Assembly: GCA_039594205.1 (NCBI GenBank) | Contig: JBCNNW010000018.1 | Coordinates: 1-32,000, forward strand | Source of the DNA: Pseudescherichia sp. | GTDB taxonomy: Bacteria > Pseudomonadota > Gammaproteobacteria > Enterobacterales > Enterobacteriaceae | DNA: 32,000 bases | Direction: 5' to 3' | Part shown: one piece after another, positions 8,354 to 18,150 of the stretch | Layout of the letters: every line of letters begins with the position of its first letter | Numbering within the stretch: position 1 is the first letter of the stretch | Position numbers and translations under genes: made by a program | The notes under the pieces: model-generated | What the model was told of the DNA's origin: nothing | Databases searched by the model: none | What the model saw: only the letters and a program-made list of their open reading frames with translations

Positions 8354-11053
8354 ATGAATTTTGACGCAAGCTATCTTGGTTATTGGGGCAAGTCCAAAAA
8401 AACAATAACTACAGGCGATAATTATCATCTGCTGGTTTATCACTGCCTGGATGTTGCCGCATGTGGATACGTAATGGCAAGTGAAAACCGGTTTGGAATA
8501 CATAATGTGCTTGCAGAATTGGGACTCGCCTCGGACTTTGGGTATCGCTGGATAAGCTATCTTTTCGCCAGCCATGACTTAGGTAAATTTGCTAATGGTT
8601 TTCAGCGGTTAGCTGTTCATCCGGATTCTCCGCTGGTTAAGCCTGCAGCGGGTATTAATACACCCGCCCGTCATGATACGCTGGGCTTCTGGCTATGGGA
8701 TAAGCTAGCAACCGACTGGCTCGAAGAGATTCATGGCATTTTCCCTGAAATACCTTCTTACCAGCGTGAACAGTTTATTTATGCCTTGGATATCTGGATA
8801 GCAATAAGTACCGGTCATCACGGTATTCCGCCAGATAAACCGGACAATCGCTGCGTCACAGCTTTTACGAGGCAGGATATTCATGCGGCTAGTGAATATT
8901 TCACTGCGCTACGCGATCTCTTCACCATTAATAATTTCCCTGATGAATGGAAAACAAAATCGTGGCGCAAAAAGCTAAAACAGCATAGTTGGTTTTTAGC
9001 GGGAATGATGACCCTGGCTGACTGGCTGGGATCGGATGAAAATAACTTCTCTTTTAATAGCCAACCCATGCCGCTTGCAGAGTATTGGCATATTGCCTGT
9101 GAGAAAGCGAACAAAGCGCTGTCCACTCTCCCACATGCCTCAATTACCAGCCGCTACGATGGGCATAAGGCGCTGTTCCCCTTTATCGATTCGCTGACGC
9201 CGCTCCAACAGCGTGCGGTTAATCTTGATATTTCACCCACAGGTCCTCAGCTCATTGTGCTGGAGGACGTTACAGGCGCGGGCAAAACAGAAGCAGCGAT
9301 GATACTTGCTCATCGTCTGATGTCAGCCGGTAAGGGAAAGGGACTGTACGTTGGATTGCCAACGATGGCGACCTCAAACGCCATGTATCAGCGGCTGGGA
9401 AAAGCGTACCGCAAACTGTTCTCTGATGCAGCACGACCTTCGCTGGTGCTGGCGCACGGTGCCCGGCATATGTCGACTGCGTTTCGCCAGTCGGTCTGGC
9501 AGACAGATGAAAGCCAGGACGCCTATTACGCCCAAAATGATGCCAGCGCCGTCGCGGAGTGTAATACATGGTTTGCTGACTCACGTAAAAAGGCGCTGCT
9601 GGCTGAGGTAGGCGTAGGCACGCTGGACCAGGTATTAATGGCGGTCATGCCCTTTCGTCACCAGTCGCTGCGCCTGCTCGGATTGCATGACAAAGTGCTT
9701 ATCCTTGATGAGGTGCACGCCTACGATGGCTACATGGTTAAGCTGCTGGAAGGGCTGCTGTGGTTTCATGCGGCCCAAGGCGGAAGCGCTATTGTTTTAA
9801 CCGCTACGCTTCCGGCAACACTCCGGGAGAAGCTGCTGGTGGCCTTTGCGGAAGGGGCTGGTTTTGCTGTGGCTAACCCCAGTCTTAATGCGGGCTATCC
9901 CTGGTTAAGCCATCTATCCTCAACGGGATTGCAGGAGCACCCATTGCAGACGCGGCAGGAGGTTAAGCGCTGCGTTGCTGTTAACTGGTTAAGCGATATT
10001 GAGCACGCCCTGGAGATTATCTACCGCGTAGTTGAAGCAGGGCAGTGCATCTGCTGGGTGCGAAATACCGTTGATGATGCGCTCATGGTTTTCCTGCGTC
10101 TGTTGAACGATGGAAAGATAGCCCAGCAGGATCTCCTGCTATTTCATAGCCGCTTTGCCTATGCCGATCGTATGACGATTGAAGAGAACACGCTGGCCTG
10201 GTTTGGCAAAGATGCCTCGCCGGAGCAGCGTCGCGGCAAGGTGCTGATCGCAACCCAGGTCGTGGAGCAGAGCCTCGATCTCGATTTCGACTGGATGATC
10301 TCCGACCTGGCGCCTGTCGATCTCCTGATCCAGCGTGCAGGAAGGTTGCAGCGCCACATTCGCGATGCGCAGGGCGCCTGTAAATCGAGCCTGCCCGATG
10401 AACGTCGCTCCCCGGTACTGCATATTTTGGCTCCTGAATGGCAGGAGGAGGCACAGGATGGCTGGCTGGGAGAAACCCTGCGCGGTACAGGATATGTCTA
10501 TACCGATCACGCTTGCTTGTGGCGAACGCAGAAACTGCTGCACCAGTACGGTGAAATCAAAATGCCAGAGATGGCGCGAACGTTAATTGATGGCGTATAT
10601 GAAGCCAAAATTCCCGCGCCACCAGGCCTGCAACGCATTGAGGGTAACGTCTTTGGCGCACTGCTCAGCCAGCGCGCGGCCGCCAAACAAAATCTGCTGC
10701 AACGTGATAAAGGCTATCACCGCGATGCCAGCGATTTTCTTTGGGACGAGGGACGTGAATTTTCTACTCGCCTGGGCGAGGCCAGTGTAGATGTCTATCT
10801 CGCCTGGCTGGACAGCGATCGGCAGCTTCAGCCAGCAATGAATGAAGGCGAGTTTCGCTGGGAGATGAGTCGCGTACAGGTGCGAGCCAGCTGGTGGAAG
10901 CAAAACATATCCCGTCTTTCCTTGCCGGATGATGACCAACTGGAAGCATTCCGTAAGCGGCAGCATCGACCCGCTGCGCAGGTATTACTGGTCTCTGAGC
11001 AGGGGGAAGCAGCGTATTACAGCAAGCGGTTTGGGTTAACTACAGAATCTTAA
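8354..11053 (+). CDS. cas3: type I-E Cas3 HD nuclease / SF2 helicase
   Basis: 899-aa ORF with HD motifs (YHCLDVAA, SHDLGKF) and helicase motif I GAGKTEAA, motif II LDEVHAYD and motif VI QRAGRLQRH. Confidence 0.97.
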   Translation: MNFDASYLGYWGKSKKTITTGDNYHLLVYHCLDVAACGYVMASENRFGIHNVLAELGLASDFGYRWISYLFASHDLGKFANGFQRLAVHPDSPLVKPAAGINTPARHDTLGFWLWDKLATDWLEEIHGIFPEIPSYQREQFIYALDIWIAISTGHHGIPPDKPDNRCVTAFTRQDIHAASEYFTALRDLFTINNFPDEWKTKSWRKKLKQHSWFLAGMMTLADWLGSDENNFSFNSQPMPLAEYWHIACEKANKALSTLPHASITSRYDGHKALFPFIDSLTPLQQRAVNLDISPTGPQLIVLEDVTGAGKTEAAMILAHRLMSAGKGKGLYVGLPTMATSNAMYQRLGKAYRKLFSDAARPSLVLAHGARHMSTAFRQSVWQTDESQDAYYAQNDASAVAECNTWFADSRKKALLAEVGVGTLDQVLMAVMPFRHQSLRLLGLHDKVLILDEVHAYDGYMVKLLEGLLWFHAAQGGSAIVLTATLPATLREKLLVAFAEGAGFAVANPSLNAGYPWLSHLSSTGLQEHPLQTRQEVKRCVAVNWLSDIEHALEIIYRVVEAGQCICWVRNTVDDALMVFLRLLNDGKIAQQDLLLFHSRFAYADRMTIEENTLAWFGKDASPEQRRGKVLIATQVVEQSLDLDFDWMISDLAPVDLLIQRAGRLQRHIRDAQGACKSSLPDERRSPVLHILAPEWQEEAQDGWLGETLRGTGYVYTDHACLWRTQKLLHQYGEIKMPEMARTLIDGVYEAKIPAPPGLQRIEGNVFGALLSQRAAAKQNLLQRDKGYHRDASDFLWDEGREFSTRLGEASVDVYLAWLDSDRQLQPAMNEGEFRWEMSRVQVRASWWKQNISRLSLPDDDQLEAFRKRQHRPAAQVLLVSEQGEAAYYSKRFGLTTES

Positions 11054-11071
11054 CTTCGCAGGAGCATACTA

Positions 11072-12631
11072 ATGGATCTAACAACGGAGGGATGGTTGCC
11101 TGTTGTTATGCAAGATAATGCCAGGCTAAAAATCCCCCTCACCAATATTTTCGATGACGATATCTTTGACGTCAGCTATCCCCGTGCGGATTTCCAGGGA
11201 GCGGCGTGGCAGATGCTGATTGGCCTGCTGCAAACTACCGTTGCTCCCGAAGATGAGGAGGAGTGGCGGGAGGTATGGAACAGTGGTATCGATAATCAAA
11301 CGTGGCAAAACGCACTCTCGACCGTAGCGCCTGCAATGCAGTTCGGTGCAGAAAAGCCGGCCTTTCTGCAAAGTCTTGAGCCGCTTGAGAGCGAAAACAG
11401 CTCTATTGCTGGCCTGTTAATTGATGCCCCCGGCGGCAATACGCTGAAGCTCAACAAAGACCATTTCGTAAAACGCCACGTTGGACAACAGATCTGCCCT
11501 CATTGTGCAGTAATGGCCCTTTTTGCGGTGCAAACCAATTCGCCTGCAGGTGGGGCAGGGTATCGCGTGGGTCTACGCGGCGGTGGCCCCTTAACCACGC
11601 TGGTGGTGCCACAGCAGGAGCGTGATTTCCCGTTGTGGAAAAAACTTTGGCTCAACGTAATCCCGGAAGAGCAGCGTCCGGCCTCTTCGCAATTCGCCGC
11701 TATTTTCCCCTGGCTTGCCCCAACGAAGACCAGTGAGAAGGCCGGAAATATCGTAACGCCAGACAATGCGCATGTGTTGCAGGCTTACTGGGGAATGCCA
11801 CGACGGATCGAACTGGATTTCGAGAAAACGGTAGAAGGAAGCTGCGATCTCTGTGGAGAGCATCATCCGGCGTTGCTACGGGAGATGCGTACTAAAAACT
11901 ATGGCGTGCAGTACGACGGCTGGCAGTATCCGCTCTCTCCCTACCGACAGGCGCTAAAGGATCAGGCAGCTCCGTGGCTGGCGCTAAAAGGGCAGCCCGG
12001 TGGGCTGAGCTATAAAGACTGGTTGGGTCTGACGCTTAATAGTGAAGACAAATTTAACCGTACACAGCCTGCTCGGGTAGTGCAAAAGCTTCCGAGGCGG
12101 CTACCCGCGACGGGCCTGTGGTGCTTCGCCTGGGATATGGATAACGCCAAAGCCCGTTGCTGGTATCAGCATCGTATTCCCTTAATGAACACCCCTGATG
12201 CAAAACTGCTTAGCAGCGTCATGCAGCAAACGCTACAGCTTGCCACCGACTCGCTTCGTCTCCTTAAGCAGTGGCTGAAGGCGGCATGGTTTTCGACACC
12301 CAGTGAAGCCAAAGTTGATTTTAGCCAGCTTGATACCGCTTTCTGGCAAGAGACTGAGCCTGCATTTCGTCAGCTACTGGAAGCGCTGAGCAGCGATCCT
12401 GCCCGGGAAAATTCACTCACCCGCGAAATATTAAGAGAGTGGGAAAAGCGTCTACATCACGAGGTGATGAATTTTTTCGATCGCGATGTATTCACCGATC
12501 CAGACTGCGATGATGGCACGCTGCTGCGCCAGCTGACTGCCAGAAGCAAGCTGGATCGGGATTACGACAAGCTAAAAACACGCACGCAATTCTTGGATCT
12601 CGCTAAAGAGGCGGAGGAGCAAAATGCTTAG
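11072..12631 (+). CDS. casA: Cascade large subunit Cse1/CasA (Cas8e)
   Basis: 519-aa ORF with an SD (aggag) 7 nt upstream. Its position right after cas3 and its size match Cse1. The N-terminal WLPV... motif is typical of Cse1. Confidence 0.9.
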   Translation: MDLTTEGWLPVVMQDNARLKIPLTNIFDDDIFDVSYPRADFQGAAWQMLIGLLQTTVAPEDEEEWREVWNSGIDNQTWQNALSTVAPAMQFGAEKPAFLQSLEPLESENSSIAGLLIDAPGGNTLKLNKDHFVKRHVGQQICPHCAVMALFAVQTNSPAGGAGYRVGLRGGGPLTTLVVPQQERDFPLWKKLWLNVIPEEQRPASSQFAAIFPWLAPTKTSEKAGNIVTPDNAHVLQAYWGMPRRIELDFEKTVEGSCDLCGEHHPALLREMRTKNYGVQYDGWQYPLSPYRQALKDQAAPWLALKGQPGGLSYKDWLGLTLNSEDKFNRTQPARVVQKLPRRLPATGLWCFAWDMDNAKARCWYQHRIPLMNTPDAKLLSSVMQQTLQLATDSLRLLKQWLKAAWFSTPSEAKVDFSQLDTAFWQETEPAFRQLLEALSSDPARENSLTREILREWEKRLHHEVMNFFDRDVFTDPDCDDGTLLRQLTARSKLDRDYDKLKTRTQFLDLAKEAEEQNA

Positions 12632-13214
12632 CAGCAACACAGCACAGGTGTGCATATTTACCGAGCCTGCAGCGCAAAAGGTGCTCACGGAGTGGTTTGA
12701 TATTTTATCGGATCGCTACGGTAAGCAGGATGATAAACGGATCAACGGTCGCGCATGGCGAGCGGAGCTACGCCGGATGGAGCCGCCCTACGGTGTCATG
12801 ATGTGCGAAGGGTATGCCGATCTACGACGCAAGCTCCAGCTGCAAATGTCGCTCCAGCCCGTTGACCAGATGGCGCTGGCGATATTTGTTTCGGTCGCAG
12901 TGTACGTAAAAAATCATAATGCTTACCCCAGCTTTGCCGCCCAGCTCGGGCAGAAAACTAACGACCGACCCTGTCTTTCACGTCTGCGTTTTGAACGTCT
13001 GCAGCAGGCTACCGATCCTGAGAGCTTTTGCCAGCAGTTGACACGTGCCGTCCGGCTTCGGGGCGATGACGGGGTCAATATCGTCTCGCTGGCAGATGGC
13101 ATATTTCTATGGATGCGTGAATGGCAGGCCCGCGAAGAGCACCAGCCAGAATCGATCGATCCCTTCTCCCGTAACCGTATTCGCTGGGCGAATGAGTATC
13201 TCTCAGCCCGCTAG
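12624..13214 (+). CDS. casB: Cascade small subunit Cse2/CasB (Cas11e)
   Basis: 196-aa ORF that overlaps the casA end by 8 nt, with an SD (ggagg) upstream. It is the positional equivalent of Cse2. The start codon choice is uncertain (long compared with about 160 aa in E. coli). Confidence 0.85.
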   Translation: MLSSNTAQVCIFTEPAAQKVLTEWFDILSDRYGKQDDKRINGRAWRAELRRMEPPYGVMMCEGYADLRRKLQLQMSLQPVDQMALAIFVSVAVYVKNHNAYPSFAAQLGQKTNDRPCLSRLRFERLQQATDPESFCQQLTRAVRLRGDDGVNIVSLADGIFLWMREWQAREEHQPESIDPFSRNRIRWANEYLSAR

Positions 13215-13236
13215 TTATTTTTGATAAGGACTTATA

Positions 13237-14295
13237 ATGACTACGTTTATTCAGCTTCACTTTCTTACTGCTTATGCACCCTCTAACCTCAACCGGGATG
13301 ACTCCGGTCGACCAAAAACGGCCAAAATGGGCGGTGTGGAACGTCTTCGCGTCTCTTCTCAGAGTCTGAAACGTGCCTGGCGAGTATCAGAAACCTTTGA
13401 GTCGGCAATGGACGGGCATATCGGCGAGCGCACGCGACTTTTGGGCGTTAAGTATGTCCATCAGCCAATGACTGCCGCAGGCGTGAGTGAAAAAATAGCA
13501 AAAGCTGCAGCGGAAAAAATTGCCGGTCAGTTTGGAAAAGTAAAAAATGATAAAGGTGCTGCACCCGTTAAGAACCTGGAAATTGAGCAGCTGGTACACG
13601 TCAGCACGCATGAGATTGCCCTCATCAAACAGCTGGTGGACACGCTGATTAGCGAAAACCGTGAACCTGTAGACGAGGAGCTAAAGCTGCTGCGCAAAGA
13701 GCAGCATAGCGTTGATATGGCGCTGTTTGGGCGTATGTTAGCTTCCTCTCCTGCTTTTAATGTTGAGGCCGCTTGCCAGGTTGCTCATGCATTAGGCGTT
13801 AGCGCCGTGACCATTGAAGATGATTTCTTTACGGCGGTGGACGATCTCAATACGGGTGAAGAGGATAAAGGTTCGGCTCATATGGGCGAACAGGGTTTTG
13901 CTTCCGCACTCTTCTATAGCTACATCTGTATTAGTCGCGATCTGCTGGTTAAAAACCTTGATGGTGATGAGGATCTGGCCCGGCGCGCCATCGCGGCGCT
14001 GACTGAAACCGCGCTGACCGTATCGCCTGGCGGAAAACAGAACAGTTTCGCCTCACGCGCTTATGCCTCCTATGCACTGGCAGAAATGGGCACTAAGCAA
14101 CCTCGCTCGCTGGCGGTAGCATTTTTCCAGCCCGTGCGGGGCGAAAACCTCCTGCCAACGGCGATTGAACGCCTGAAGCATCAGCGCGACAACTTTGATC
14201 GCGTCTATGGTCAGTGTGTGGATCGCCACTATGAGCTGAACGCCGATAAAGGTGAGGGATCGTTATCCGCGCTGCTGGAGTTTGTGAGCCAATAA
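13237..14295 (+). CDS. casC: Cascade backbone subunit Cas7e/CasC
   Basis: 352-aa ORF. The N-terminal sequence LHFLTAYAPSNLNRDDSGRPKT is the Cas7e signature. Confidence 0.95.
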   Translation: MTTFIQLHFLTAYAPSNLNRDDSGRPKTAKMGGVERLRVSSQSLKRAWRVSETFESAMDGHIGERTRLLGVKYVHQPMTAAGVSEKIAKAAAEKIAGQFGKVKNDKGAAPVKNLEIEQLVHVSTHEIALIKQLVDTLISENREPVDEELKLLRKEQHSVDMALFGRMLASSPAFNVEAACQVAHALGVSAVTIEDDFFTAVDDLNTGEEDKGSAHMGEQGFASALFYSYICISRDLLVKNLDGDEDLARRAIAALTETALTVSPGGKQNSFASRAYASYALAEMGTKQPRSLAVAFFQPVRGENLLPTAIERLKHQRDNFDRVYGQCVDRHYELNADKGEGSLSALLEFVSQ

Positions 14296-14304
14296 GGATA
14301 GAGA

Positions 14305-15030
14305 ATGAAGCAATATCTGGTTTTTCAGCTCTATGCGCCGTTGGCCGCCTGGGGTGAAGAGGCCGTAGGGGAAATGCGACATACTGCACACGTTCCAACG
14401 CGATCGGCCATTCTGGGCCTGCTTGCAGCGGCTCAGGGCATTTGCCGCGAAGAAGAAGAGGCGCTGAATAAGTTTAACCAACACTATCATTTGGCGATAC
14501 GACCGCTCTCCTCATGTGAGCGCTGGCTGCGGGATTATCACACCGTTAGTATGCCGCGCGAGAATAAGAAGTATCACTACTATACCCGGCGGGATGAGCT
14601 GCGGCTGGCTCCTGATGATATAGGTACCATCGTTACACAGCGAGAGTATCGCTGTGATGGTTACTGGCACGTTGCGGTCAGTGCAACAGAAGGAGCACCG
14701 GTGCCACTGGAGATACTTCGCGATTCGCTTATCAAGCCACATTTTCCGCTCTATCTGGGGCGCAAATCTTGCCCACTGGCCCTGCCGCTCGCCCCCCGGC
14801 TGCTGGAAGGAACGCTCAAGCAGATTTTTAACCAGGCCGCTGAGCAACTCACCGCGTCAGAATTGATGATGATTGCCCAGGGGGGAGAGACATGCTACTG
14901 GGACGATCCTGACGAAAGCAGTCTGGTATGGCAAACGCAGCAGCACTGCAATAATCAGCCTGTCAGCCGCCGACGCTGGCAGTTTGGTCGCTATATTCGC
15001 TATAGCGGGTCGCTCAGGGAGGGAGAATAA
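14305..15030 (+). CDS. casD: Cas5e/CasD
   Basis: 241-aa ORF with LVFQLYAPLAAWGE..., LRDYHTV and YLGRKSCP motifs typical of Cas5e. Confidence 0.92.
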   Translation: MKQYLVFQLYAPLAAWGEEAVGEMRHTAHVPTRSAILGLLAAAQGICREEEEALNKFNQHYHLAIRPLSSCERWLRDYHTVSMPRENKKYHYYTRRDELRLAPDDIGTIVTQREYRCDGYWHVAVSATEGAPVPLEILRDSLIKPHFPLYLGRKSCPLALPLAPRLLEGTLKQIFNQAAEQLTASELMMIAQGGETCYWDDPDESSLVWQTQQHCNNQPVSRRRWQFGRYIRYSGSLREGE

Positions 15031-15737
15031 TGTACCTGTCGCGCATACAGCTTCACCTCGATCGCCTGCAACCGGGCATGTTGCAAAAATGGACGCATGC
15101 CGCACCTTATGCCAGTCACCAATGGCTATGGCAGCTTTTTCCAGATTGTGACGAACGCCACTTTCTGTTTCGTCAGGAGCCGCAGGCGCGCTTTTTTATG
15201 CTTTCACAGACAGCGCCTGTTCAACAGCACGACCTGTTTACAATTGAGACCAAACCTTTTACCCCGGCATTGAACGAGGGGCAGCAGCTTGATTTCCAGC
15301 TGCGCGCAAACCCGGTTGTCTGTCGTGATAAAAAACGTTCGGATGTATTAATGAACGCCAAGTTCCAGGCTAAAGCAGAGAATATTGCCAGTGAAAAGTG
15401 GTGGGGATTACAGGTCGATGCGGCGCAGTCCTGGCTAGAAAAGCAGGGCGAGCAGCATGGTTTTCGTCTGGTTGCGCCTGCGGTCGATGATTTTGCCGTA
15501 TGGGCCGATGCCGATGGCGCAGATGAGCCAGCGTCGGCAAGAGTAAGCGTGCTGGCCTATCAGCAGCATCGTTTCCAGCGCAGGCAGGGTGAAAGCCCCA
15601 TCGTCTACAGCAGCGTTGACTATGCCGGAGCGCTGGTGATCACCGATCCCAACCGTTTTTCCCAGGCACTCTTTAATGGTATCGGCAAAAGTAAATCCCT
15701 GGGATGCGGCATGCTGATGGTTAAAAGGCGGCGTTAA
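15030..15737 (+). CDS. casE: Cas6e/CasE crRNA endoribonuclease
   Basis: 235-aa ORF with N-terminal MYLSRIQL, the segment FQLRANPV, and the C-terminal G-rich loop GIGKSKSLGCGMLMV. Confidence 0.92.
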   Translation: MYLSRIQLHLDRLQPGMLQKWTHAAPYASHQWLWQLFPDCDERHFLFRQEPQARFFMLSQTAPVQQHDLFTIETKPFTPALNEGQQLDFQLRANPVVCRDKKRSDVLMNAKFQAKAENIASEKWWGLQVDAAQSWLEKQGEQHGFRLVAPAVDDFAVWADADGADEPASARVSVLAYQQHRFQRRQGESPIVYSSVDYAGALVITDPNRFSQALFNGIGKSKSLGCGMLMVKRRR

Positions 15738-16654
15738 TGAGCTGGATACCTCTGAACCCCATCCCACTTAAAGATCGCGTCTCAATGATTTTTTTGCAAT
15801 ACGGTCAGATTGATGTGATTGACGGTGCGTTTGTGCTCATCGATAAAACCGGCGTGCGGACGCATATCCCGGTCGGATCCGTGGCCTGCATTATGCTTGA
15901 GCCTGGTACCCGGGTCTCTCATGCTGCGGTACGACTGGCGGCTACGGTAGGTACGCTGCTGGTTTGGGTGGGGGAGGCGGGTGTCCGGCTATACGCGACA
16001 GGGCAGCCGGGCGGTGCGCGTTCCGATCATCTGTTATACCAGGCGAAGCTGGCGCTTGATGAGAATCTGCGGCTAAAGGTGGTACGCAAAATGTTCGAGT
16101 TACGTTTTGGCGAACCACCTCCGGCACGGCGTTCAGTTGAACAGTTACGCGGCATTGAAGGAAGTCGGGTACGCGCAACATACACCCTATTAGCCAAGCA
16201 GTATGGCGTTAAGTGGCATGGGCGCCGGTACGATCCTAAGGATTGGGAAAAGGGTGATGTAGTTAATCAGTGCATTAGTGCTGCAACGGCATGTCTTTAT
16301 GGTGTTACCGAGGCCGCAGTGCTGGCGGCAGGCTATGCGCCAGCCATTGGTTTTGTCCATACCGGTAAGCCGCTCTCTTTTGTTTATGATATTGCCGATA
16401 TCATTAAATTTGATACCGTCGTGCCGAAAGCATTCGAGATCGCACGGGGCAATCCTGCCGAGCCAGATCGTGAAGTAAGGCTGGCGTGTCGTGATATTTT
16501 CCGCAGTAGTAAAACCCTCGCAAAACTGATCCCGCTAATTGAAGACGTGCTGGCCGCTGGTGAGATCTCCCCACCGCTGCCGCCCGCTGATGCGCAACCC
16601 ATTGCTATTCCTCTTCCTGCCAGCCTCGGCGACGCTGGGCACAGGAGCACATAA
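15737..16654 (+). CDS. cas1: Cas1e integrase
   Basis: 305-aa ORF, nearly colinear with E. coli K-12 Cas1 as recalled (PLNPIPLKDRVSMIFLQYGQIDVIDGAFVLIDKTG ... GFVHTGKPLSFVYDIADIIKF). Confidence 0.97.
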   Translation: MSWIPLNPIPLKDRVSMIFLQYGQIDVIDGAFVLIDKTGVRTHIPVGSVACIMLEPGTRVSHAAVRLAATVGTLLVWVGEAGVRLYATGQPGGARSDHLLYQAKLALDENLRLKVVRKMFELRFGEPPPARRSVEQLRGIEGSRVRATYTLLAKQYGVKWHGRRYDPKDWEKGDVVNQCISAATACLYGVTEAAVLAAGYAPAIGFVHTGKPLSFVYDIADIIKFDTVVPKAFEIARGNPAEPDREVRLACRDIFRSSKTLAKLIPLIEDVLAAGEISPPLPPADAQPIAIPLPASLGDAGHRST

Positions 16655-16951
<297 letters not shown>

Positions 16952-17035
16952 GTTAGTGCTCTTTAAAAAAGTGAAAAAATCGGTAGGATTTTTGGTAGTG
17001 ATAAAATTATTTTAATTCAATGATGTATGTTTAGA
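16952..17035 (+). promoter_or_regulatory. CRISPR array 2 leader
   Basis: AT-rich 84 bp between the cas2 stop and repeat 1. It contains gctctttaaaaaa and ttggtag, and ends in atgtttagag. It shares the leader-repeat junction motif with leader 1 and with the K-12 leader as recalled. Confidence 0.7.
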
Positions 17036-18150
17036 GCGTTCCCCACATGCGTGGGGATAAACCGCTTCTGAAAATTGGGGTGGCACAGCATTTCCGGCGT
17101 TCCCCACATGCGTGGGGATAAACCGGCTCTCAGGCCGCAGAATCAATGGGTGTAAAAGCGTTCCCCACATGCGTGGGGATAAACCGTATACAGGATGCAG
17201 TATGCAGATAACGAAAATGCGTTCCCCACATGCGTGGGGATAAACCGGCGCGCGCGCAGAGGGATGTGCAGGTGGGCATGCGTTCCCCACATGCGTGGGG
17301 ATAAACCGCAGCTGTATCAACTCTACGCGCTGAATGAAACGCGTTCCCCACATGCGTGGGGATAAACCGCGCACGATCCCATCACCAAAAAATGACCATT
17401 TGCGTTCCCCACATGCGTGGGGATAAACCGGGGAGATTCCAGATAACCATCACGGAGGCGAAGCGTTCCCCACATGCGTGGGGATAAACCGGGCCAGTTT
17501 CCCGGCCCGCCCTTTTTTAGTGGGCGTTCCCCACATGCGTGGGGATAAACCGCTTGTTGGCCGGTCCTGCATCACCTTTTTCAGGCGTTCCCCACATGCG
17601 TGGGGATAAACCGAGTCTTTTTACAATCTGGAAAAATGGGCAGCAGCGTTCCCCACATGCGTGGGGATAAACCGGTTAGGCGGTTTGTACTTTGGCACGA
17701 CAATAAGCGTTCCCCACATGCGTGGGGATAAACCGCCATACGGGAAACGCTCCTGATCCACAGGGGCGCGGTGGGGATAAACCGAATAATTTGGCCATTT
17801 GTTGCAGCAGTTGCGTGCGTTCCCCACATGCGTGGGGATAAACCGCCAGCAGCGTTACCCTGCGCCAGATTCACTGTGCGTTCCCCACATGCGTGGGGAT
17901 AAACCGCACGCCCGGGATGACAGCAAACGCAGCTATACGCGTTCCCCACATGCGTGGGGATAAACCGCTGCAAATGCAGGTACAGGCTGAGAACGAGCTG
18001 CGTTCCCCACATGCGTGGGGATAAACCGGCTCAGCTAGGCGAGGGGGAGGGAGGGTCTGTGCGTTCCCCACATGCGTGGGGATAAACCGCGCCGGCACTC
18101 CATACCAGACGGCAACAGCCAGCATTCCCCACATGCGTAGAGATAAACCT
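17036..18150 (+). CRISPR. CRISPR array 2, variant type I-E repeat GCGTTCCCCACATGCGTGGGGATAAACCG; 19 repeats and 18 spacers of 32 nt
   Basis: 61-nt periodicity, with repeats starting at 17036, 17097 ... 17707, then 17817 ... 18122. R13 (17768-17784) is only 17 nt because of an internal 12-nt deletion. The terminal R19 (18122-18150) has 4 mismatches. The leader lies on the cas2 side. Confidence 0.98.

Noticed and set aside
8324-8575. 83-aa minus-strand ORF overlapping the cas3 start.
   Set aside because: It overlaps the conserved Cas3 HD-domain coding region, has no SD, and is an AT-rich chance ORF.
12624-13214. Cse2 appears longer (196 aa) than the E. coli protein, which could hint at a fusion or novel domain.
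   Set aside because: Cse2 length varies among I-E variants and the start codon is uncertain. Nothing in the sequence indicates an added domain.
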